Source of the DNA: Carcharhinus longimanus
Lineage: Eukaryota
Direction: 5' to 3'
DNA length: 61,339 nucleotides
Assembly (NCBI GenBank): GCA_030264375.1
Contig: JASCQW010000081.1
Location: 36,129,292 to 36,190,630 of the forward strand
The position numbers were made by a program, and so were the translations under genes. Of this stretch, positions 48,601 through 57,600 are shown piece after piece. Positions within the stretch are counted from its first letter, which is position 1; every line of letters starts with the position of its first letter. The notes under the pieces were generated by a model. That model saw only the letters and a list, made by a program, of their open reading frames with translations. It did no database searches and was not told where the DNA came from.

Positions 48601-51600
48601 GGAGGTGGAAATAGATGGTACTAATGATGTCAGCAGCTCATCTTGGGGTCGAATGTGCCAGTGTTGCAAATAGGCTAGCTTACTCAGGCTATTTGTCAGA
48701 AAAGAAGTGGTTTTGCGAGCTAGGGGATGGAGCTTTGGGTGGCGAATGGAAAACAATGGCTTTGGTCTTTCCAATATTCAAGGAAATCTCTGCTCATTCA
48801 ATAACAGGTTAAGTAAAGTGAGATGAAGTCCCAGATGACCATAGGCTTCTCTCCCCTTTGAAGGGGAGAGCTGATTGGCAGTGATTTGACCTGAGAGTCA
48901 TCACACCTCAGGCAAGGAGCCAGATCAAAAAGGTTGGGGCCTTCATGAATAACCGTTAGTCAGTGCAGGATTGAACCTTATCACACTCAGGATTGTTCAA
49001 CAAGTGCAGTTCAATCGCAGAACTAACAACCAATTTAATATTATTAGTTGGACTCTCAATATGGCTTTCTTAAGCTTCTAGAAACTACATGTATCATAAG
49101 CAGGAACCCTGTCCTCTGCAGCAAAAGGAACATATTCAGGCATTGGAGGTATTTTGAATTAAATAAAAGCGTGGGGATAATAATTCTCTGATACATTGGT
49201 CAAGGCATTGCCATAGAGAATCAATTAGCTACCAATCTTCACCCTTTTCTCATGCAGTATAATTGTTTCTTCTTTTAAAATTTGGCATTCTTGTATCTGT
49301 CCTGATAAATGCAATACAAAACCTTCAACATGTCTCTTTCTTTCAGCAAATCTCAAGTTCTGTATTACCAAGTGACATTAGCATGGTTGCCCAAAATTAA
49401 ATTAATTGTCATATTTGTCTTGACAGACTTCTGAAAGAAATAGCTATTATTTAAGTGAAATAACTCCACTATTTATGTAGAGCTGAACAGTTAGATTTCC
49501 CAATTTAATAGTAATCAGACTTGGCTTACTATCTTCTTGCTGGCAGCAACATTGCAAGATAAAGGAGGAAATGCAGTAATAGTTGGTCAATTTGCATAGG
49601 TGGTTTTCTCACACAGCAATGCCTGAGCAGCAATGTTGACAAGGTTACCAAAGAGAGCTAAGACAAAGCGTCATCCAGACTTGAAATATTAGCTCTGTTC
49701 TCTCTCCACAGATCCTATCAGACCTGCTGTGATTTTCCAGCATTTTCTGTTTTTGTTTCATATTTCAGCATCCATAGTAATTTGCTTTTATATTATGTTG
49801 ACAAAGTCATTGGGCTTAAACCTGTTCTGTTCAAACCAGCTCTGTGGTTTCTCACTCACGGGGGCACATGGATATTTTAAAGCCAGAAATTAAAGTTTCC
49901 ATTCATAACTTTTAAACAATTTAGAAACAGAAGTAAGCTATTTGCCCCATAGAACCTGTTCCATACCTTTTAATCTTACCTTTTTTCCATATTTTATAAC
50001 ACCCGACTTCTGAAACGTGTTTATCTTTGATTCATTTGATTCCGTGTGCTGTTTTGTATGTCCACGCTTCCTGTTGTGTAAAGCTGTTCCTGGATTTATT
50101 CTTAACTGTGTAGTTCAAATTCTAAAATTATGTCTGTAATTCCTGTGCTTCATTCTTGGATGTGGCAAGAAATATTCTCTACCTATTCTGTTAATTTCTT
50201 TCATTATTTTAAACACCATAGTCAAATTATCTCTAAATCTCATCTCCAGGGAATATAACTCATATTTACCTAGTTTCATTATTGCTCAGTCCCTTCATCT
50301 CTGGTTGAATCATTGTTTTGGTATCTGCTCTGCAATGTCAGTTCCAAAAGACTAGAAACAAAGATCATTAAAACTCCATATAGAAGCAAGATTAGGTTGA
50401 CAATTGTATCACTAGTATTGTCTGACCTTCTGTAAAGTACAGCTCTGATGAACAAGAAAATAAGAAATAGGAGCAGGAAAAGCCCGTTCAGCTCATCAGG
50501 CCTGCTCTGCCACTCATTAAGATCATGGCTGATCTAATCAACTCAGCTTTCCCCATAACCCTTGACTCTTTCTTGTAGATCAGAAATCAACCTTGAATAT
50601 ATTCAATGACCCAGCCTCCACTGCTTTCTGGGATAGAGAACTTCAAAGAAAATGACCTTCAAAAAAGAAATTTCTCTTCATCTCTGTCTGAATGGATACC
50701 CCTTATTCTGAAAGTGTCTCCTTGTTCTAGATCCCACAAGGGGAAACAGTCAACATCTATCTTGTCATGCTCCCTTAGAATCTGCAATGTTTGAATAGGA
50801 TCACCTCTCATTATTCTTAACACCAATGAGTGTAGATCCAACCCACTTAACCTTTTCTCTTAAGAAACTCTTTCAGCTCAGGAATCAACCCAGGGAGCCT
50901 TCACTGAACTATCCCAATGCAAGTGCATCCCTTTTTAAGTAAAGAGACCTAGACTATGCACAGTACTCTAGGTGTGGTTTCACTGTCATCCTGTAGAGTT
51001 GTAGCAAAACTTCCCTATTTTGTTTTCCATCCCTCTTGCAATAAAGGACAACATTCCTTTTGCCTTCTTAATTTATTGTAGTACCTGTATACTAACATTT
51101 TGTGTTTCATGCAGGAGGATACTCCGATTCCTGTACAGAACAAATTCATTCTATTTAAATAATATTTTGCTTTACGACTGTGCTAAAGTGGATAATCTCT
51201 CATTTTTCCACATCATACACCATCTACCAAATTTTAACCCATATGGTTAAGCTATCTGTATCTATTTGTAGACCCTTGTGTCCTCTTCACAACTTGCTTG
51301 CCTACCTTGCTTTGTAAAGTCAGAAAACTAGGTTACAATGGACTTGGCTCTCTTCAAGACAGTAAGACATATATCGTGGACAGATGAGATGCCAGCACTG
51401 ATCCCTGTGGCTCTCACTAGTTATTGTTTGCCAACTTGAAAATTACCCCTCTATCCACTCTGTTTGCTGTTAGTTAGCCAATCATCTATCCATGCAAAGG
51501 TACTATACCCCCACCACCCACCCACATCACGAGCTCTTATCTTGTTTGGTAACTTTTCATCTGGCATTTTATTGGATGCCTTTTGGAAATCCAAATATCT

Positions 51601-54600
51601 GCTGATTTTTCGTCCTCGTCCTTGTCTCACACACACACCCCCGTTATCTACTCTGCTTATTACGTCCTTAGAGGCTTTCGATCACCTTTCGAAGGAGATT
51701 TTCCACCTTATACGTCAAAAGTATATTCCAACATCAGGTTCGTAGAGTTATACAGTACATCAGAGGCCCTTTGGCCCATTGAGTCTGCATAGACAAAACT
51801 ATGCTAAACCCACTTTGTAGCACTTCTCCCATAACTTTGAATGTTATGACATTTCATGTGCTTATCCACGTACCTTTTAAATGACCCTCGGATGCAGGCC
51901 ATCAAGTTCAGGGGACTTGTCAATCTAGTCGCGTTAGTTATCCTAGTTCTTTTTCTTGAGTGAATAACAATCGTTTTTCTCTCTCCCCCTTTGTTCCTTG
52001 ATTTACTGCTGTTCTTGGAATTCTTTTAATCTTCTACTGTGAAGACGGGTACAAAATACTTCTTCAAAGTCTGCCATTTCTATGTTTCCCAATAATTCCA
52101 CAGGCTCACTTCTAAAGGACCAGCATTTACCTTAACTATATTTTCCTGTATATACTTATAGAAACTCTTCCTGTCTGTTTTTACACTTATAGTTTATTCT
52201 CATTTTTCCAATTTCTCCCTTGAATTTTATTTGTCATCCTTTGCTGGTTTCTAAACTTGTGCACCTTTTTGTTCAATTTCATTCCATCTTTTTCTTGGCT
52301 AACTAATGGAGTTAGTGTGCATCCTTGTGGTAGAGTTATGAAATAGCACCTTTTAATCTCAGCCATTGCTTCGCCACCATCTTCACTTTTTAACCTATTT
52401 TCTCTGTCAGCTCTGGCTTCATATCTTTGTAATTTCCTGTATGTAAGTTTAAGGCACTGGTTTTGGACCCGTCTTTCACATCCTCAAACTGGATCTGAAA
52501 TTCATGTGTTTTGATCGCATTTCCCCATAAATACTAAAACTGAAAGTTATATTTAACACAGATGAATCATGAAATTGTATATTCATAACTATGATGTCAT
52601 TAATCCAGACCTATTACACATTACTCAGAATAAAATAGCTGGCTCCCTGGCTGGTTCCATGACACATTGTTCTAAGAAACTTCCAGATGCACTCCATGCA
52701 TTTTTCCTCGAGGCTACCTATGCCAATTTGATTTGTCCAATCTAGATGTTGATTAATATCACCCACAATCATTACAGTATCTTTCTTACAAGCCGATTAT
52801 TTATTTGTTTATTCTGTCCTATAGCATTCGTAAACTGCTCCTATGTGTAACTTCTTTCCATTGCTATTTCTTATCTCCACCCAAATTAATCCTGCACATT
52901 GATTTTTTGGATTAAGGTCAGTTTTCACTGCTGTACAGGTCTCATCCATTTTTAAGAGAAATATCTAATCTCCCCCTTTTTTCCTATCCTTTCAAAATGT
53001 CCAACATCCATGAATATTTAGTTCCCCGTTTTGTCATCTTGTAACCAGGTTTCATTTCATACCCTTTAGTTCTATTTGTGCCATCAATTCCTCTTCTTGT
53101 GACTGCTGCCTGCATTCAGATAAACTACCTTTAATTCTGTCTTTATACCATTTTCCTTTACTCTCTACAATTGTATATTTGTTCTTTTGCAGTCTGTATC
53201 AATATCCCTATAGTGACAAATGTGTGGTGATGCGTTTTGGAAGGCCTACTGTGGAAGGAATGTATACAGTAAATGATAGAGCCCTTAGAAATATTAGCAT
53301 ACAGATGGATCTAAGCATCCAGATCCACAGTTCCCTGAAGGTGGCAACCTACGTGGTCGAGAAGCCATGCTGACCACCATCAATCAGGATGTTGAGCAAA
53401 GGAATTGGAAAATCATGTTGCAACTATAAGACTTTGGTTAGGTTGCATTTGGAGTATTGTGTACAATTCTGATTGCCACACTAGAAGGATGTTAGTGCAT
53501 TGGAAAATGATTTACCAGGGTGTTGCCTAGTTTGGAGGATATTGGCTGTGAAGAAAGGTTGAACGAGCTTGGATTGTTTTCATGGAGTGTTGCAGGATGA
53601 GGGGGGAACCTGTTAGACGTTTACAAGGTTATGACAAGCTTGGATAGTGTGGATAGTTGAAGTCCTTTTTGCAGAATGGAAGGGTCAGTTACTCTGGGGC
53701 TTAGGTTGAAAGTGAATGGGGGAAAGTTTAAAAGAGATGTAAGGGGCAAGCTTTTCATAGAGGGTAGTGAATGCCTGGAATGTGCTGGCAGAGGAGGCGG
53801 TGGAAGCAGATTCCATAACAACGTTAAGGAAGCACCTGGATAGATACATGAAAAGGCAGGGAATAAGGGATATGGACCACGTAGAGTAAAGAAGATATTA
53901 GATTAGAGAGCATCTGTGTTGGCATGGACTTGGTGAGCCGAAAGGCCTCTTCCTGTGCTGAACTGTTCTTTGTTCTTTGTTATACTGTCTTGTCCTTTCT
54001 GTTAACTTATGAAATTCCATTCACCTGAACCTACCTCCTGTGTCCCCCTAACTATCTGATTTGAAACCTTCTACAGCCTTAGTTACTTCATTGACTAGGA
54101 AACTGGGTCGCAGCACAGTTCAAGTGAAGCCCATCCTAACAGAGTAGTTCCTTCTTTCCCAGTGGTGCCAATGCCCAATGAAACGAAATCAATCTTCCCA
54201 ACACCAATCTTTGAGTGGCATATTCAATTCGCTGACCTCATTTGCTCTACGCTGATTTGTTTTTGGCTAATGTAATATTTCGGAATAAAAATAAAGTGCT
54301 AGAAATACCCAGCAGGTCTGGCAGTATCTATGAAGAAGAAAACAGAATAAGCTTTTCAAGTTCCTCAGTTTGAGACTCTGTTTTTTAATTCAGTTCCTCG
54401 TTGCTCATGCTCTGAGTGGAATCTCCTTCTTCGCTCTTCTTGTGTCATTGGAGGCCACACTTGGGATATTGTGTGCAGCTTTGGCCTCCTTATCTGAGGA
54501 ATGATGTTCTAGCTATTGAGGGAGTGCAGCAAAGGCTTTTCAGACTGATTCCTGTATTGCTGGAACTGACATATGAGGTGAAATTGAGTTGGTTAGGGTT

Positions 54601-57600
54601 ATATTTGCTGGAATTCGGAAGAATGAGGTGGTATCTGATAGAAACCTATAAAATTCCAACAGGACTAGACTGGGTAGATGCAGGGAGGATGTTCCCAATG
54701 GTGGACAGTCCACGCAAGGAGTCAAAATCTAAGGATACATGGTAAACCTTTTAGGACTGAGATGAGAATTTGCTTCACCCAGAAGCCTGTGGAATTTGTT
54801 ACCACAGAAGGCAGTTGAGGCCAAAACAATATATGTTTTCAAGAAGTAACTTTTCAGGTGAAAGGGATTATAGGATATGGGAGTAAGGTGGGATCAGGTT
54901 ATTGAATTGAATGATCAGCCATGATCATAAATGAATGGTGGAGCAGACTCAAAGGGTCAAATAGCCTACTACTGCTCCTATTTTCTACACTTCTATGTAT
55001 TCATGTAGACATTGACAACTGGATGCTTTCTCTCCAGCCCTAAGAAGATTTTCTTAATCCTGGCACTGGACAGCTGGTGAGCTTTCAGTTCTCCTTGTTT
55101 AGCAAAAGACCAATACAGCACTTTTTCCCATTTTATTGCTGAATTCCCTCAATCTCAAATTCCTGAGTTAGACAGTCTGTCATAACTGTAGTCCATGTTA
55201 CTAATTTAAGTTGGAAAGTAACTCTTAGAAAACTTTGAATTGTTGAAGCTACAGTAATTCTATATAGAACATAGAACATTACAGCGCAGAACAGGCCCTT
55301 CGGCCCACGATGTTGCGCCGACCAGTTAAAAAGCAANNNNNNNNNNNNNNNNNNNNNNNNNNNNNNNNNNNNNNNNNNNNNNNNNNNNNNNNNNNNNNNN
55401 NNNNNNNNNNNNNNNNNNNNNNNNNNNNNNNNNNNNCAGTTACCCAAGACTCATTTCTAGGAGTGACTATCTCCTTGTAACTCCTATCGATGTCCGCCTC
55501 AGCCTCCCGAATTGTCTGGAGTTCCTCCAATTCCAACTCCAGCTCCTTAACACGCAAGGCAAACAAATTTGATGAATGGAGTCCACTTACTGTACTGCGT
55601 TCTGTGAATAATTAGATAAACTAGACAGATACATTTTCATAAACTGTACACTGTCAGGATGGCACTGCGGAAATGGGGCAGGGAGGAGAAGAGCCATACG
55701 TTGGAGAGCTGGAGGGTGGAAGCTTGAACTGAATTCTAGGCCTTAAATCTTGAAACCCTGCTCATCTTTGTCAAGGAGTTCTATGTTGGAGATGTTCCCA
55801 GGATACATCAGAAGGAGAGTTGTGAGAGAAGGAGGGGGAGCTGTTTGTCAGATTACAATGGTCATGGCATAAATGTCAAGTTAAATATGTGGTAATCAGT
55901 ACATTGTAAATGGCTATAATGTAGTGCACATTGGAAGGAGAATAACAGCACAAGTTAGTGCAACTTAGTATAAACATTTTTAACAAAACAATTGAAAGCA
56001 CTCTTCTAATTGTCATTACTCCATTAAAGAACCGAAGAGGCATATATTAAGGTTTATAATCTGTTCTCTGTAATTAATGTCTGGTGGTAAATAAGAATTA
56101 ATTGTGCCCAAAATGATTAGCAAGATTTTGGATTAGGCTGGATAAATGCATTTCTTTGGGTGGATACTTTTTAACATGGGAAAAGGATGACACTTTCTTC
56201 AAGAAAAACTGATGTTGTGAGAATGTATATGATAGTTGCAGACCTTCAGATAGCTTGGCATTCATTAACATTTGTAACAGAGCGTTAATTATGTAAGATG
56301 CATTTTGTAGCTCAGATCATTATTTATCATTAATTTGATCAGACCTTAGGGAACACCATAACACAGAACTGAGCTTGCTTTAAAAGTTTGATTAATTCAG
56401 AACTCTAATTTGTAGTTTGGAAATGCATGCAATGGCATATGAAAATCTCCAAATTTAAAATACAAAATAAACAGTAAAGCTTCAGCAAAAGCGTATTTGC
56501 TGGATTTTCAGGCTGTCACGTGTTGTCTGTCCTTTAAACATCAATCTGCCAAATATAGCTGTACAAGCCATATCAAACATTACTTGCTCACAGTGATTTA
56601 ATATTTTTTACTTTATGTAAATATGCAGTAATTACAGTAAACTTGGATTCTGTTAGCTTAAGCTAGTATTGTACTCATAGTAAAAGAATGTCTTTACTGT
56701 GTGCCATAACTTATTAATTGTTGGAACCATCAAAGGCGTATCAAATTTGCTTTTCTCAGAAAACACCTGCTTCATGTGTACTTTGTGTGACTAAAATCAA
56801 AGTGAATCTGAATAGTATTTTAATAAATGCATATTAAAATTATTTGATGCTCTCTTAGGATTGTCTGTATCAAAATAATGTGAAGTGTGTATATTGGAAA
56901 GAAGGTGGTAGAAAAAAGGCGACAGAACCAAATGTTACACGAATGAGAAAGCTTTTAATTTAAAATTATGCTTGTAGTCCATAAACTATATAAATATCTT
57001 CAATGTGGTGCTGTTGGCTTTCTGTAATTTGTATATTTCACCTGTTAAGAAACCAAAGTTTGTTTCTGAATGTATTTGAAATAAGATAATGGAATAGGTG
57101 AGATTAATAGTGAATAAAGCTGCAAAGTGTTGTCTATTTTCTTCGTTAACAGCTTTATTTTCAAGTAAGCAATGACCAAATGTTCAGTCTACTACCTATT
57201 TCACTGCTGAAAATGTGATTTGCAGGCAACCTGCTCCGAGACTTCCACTGTTTGGTCAATCCTATGGGAGGCATATGATAAACTTAAGTTGGACTACTGC
57301 TGCTCAGTTTTCATTTTTTTTAGTGAGGCCCAAAATGGGAAGTTAGTGGGTCTTCCAGTGTCAACCCCATAACATCTACTTCCTTTGTTGTTGTTATACA
57401 AGTGCCTTCACATTTACCATGCTTCCTTCCTCACAGTTAAAGAAAATATTTTGTTTTCCTTTTTTCTATGACAATTAAACAGTTTTGATGTCAAGGTTTT
57501 GGTCTTTTTTATTCCTTATGGAGCGGACACTACTGTATTTGAGTTCCATATTAAGAAGTGATGCATTGTCAGAAGTGCCATGTTTGGATGAAATGTTAAA

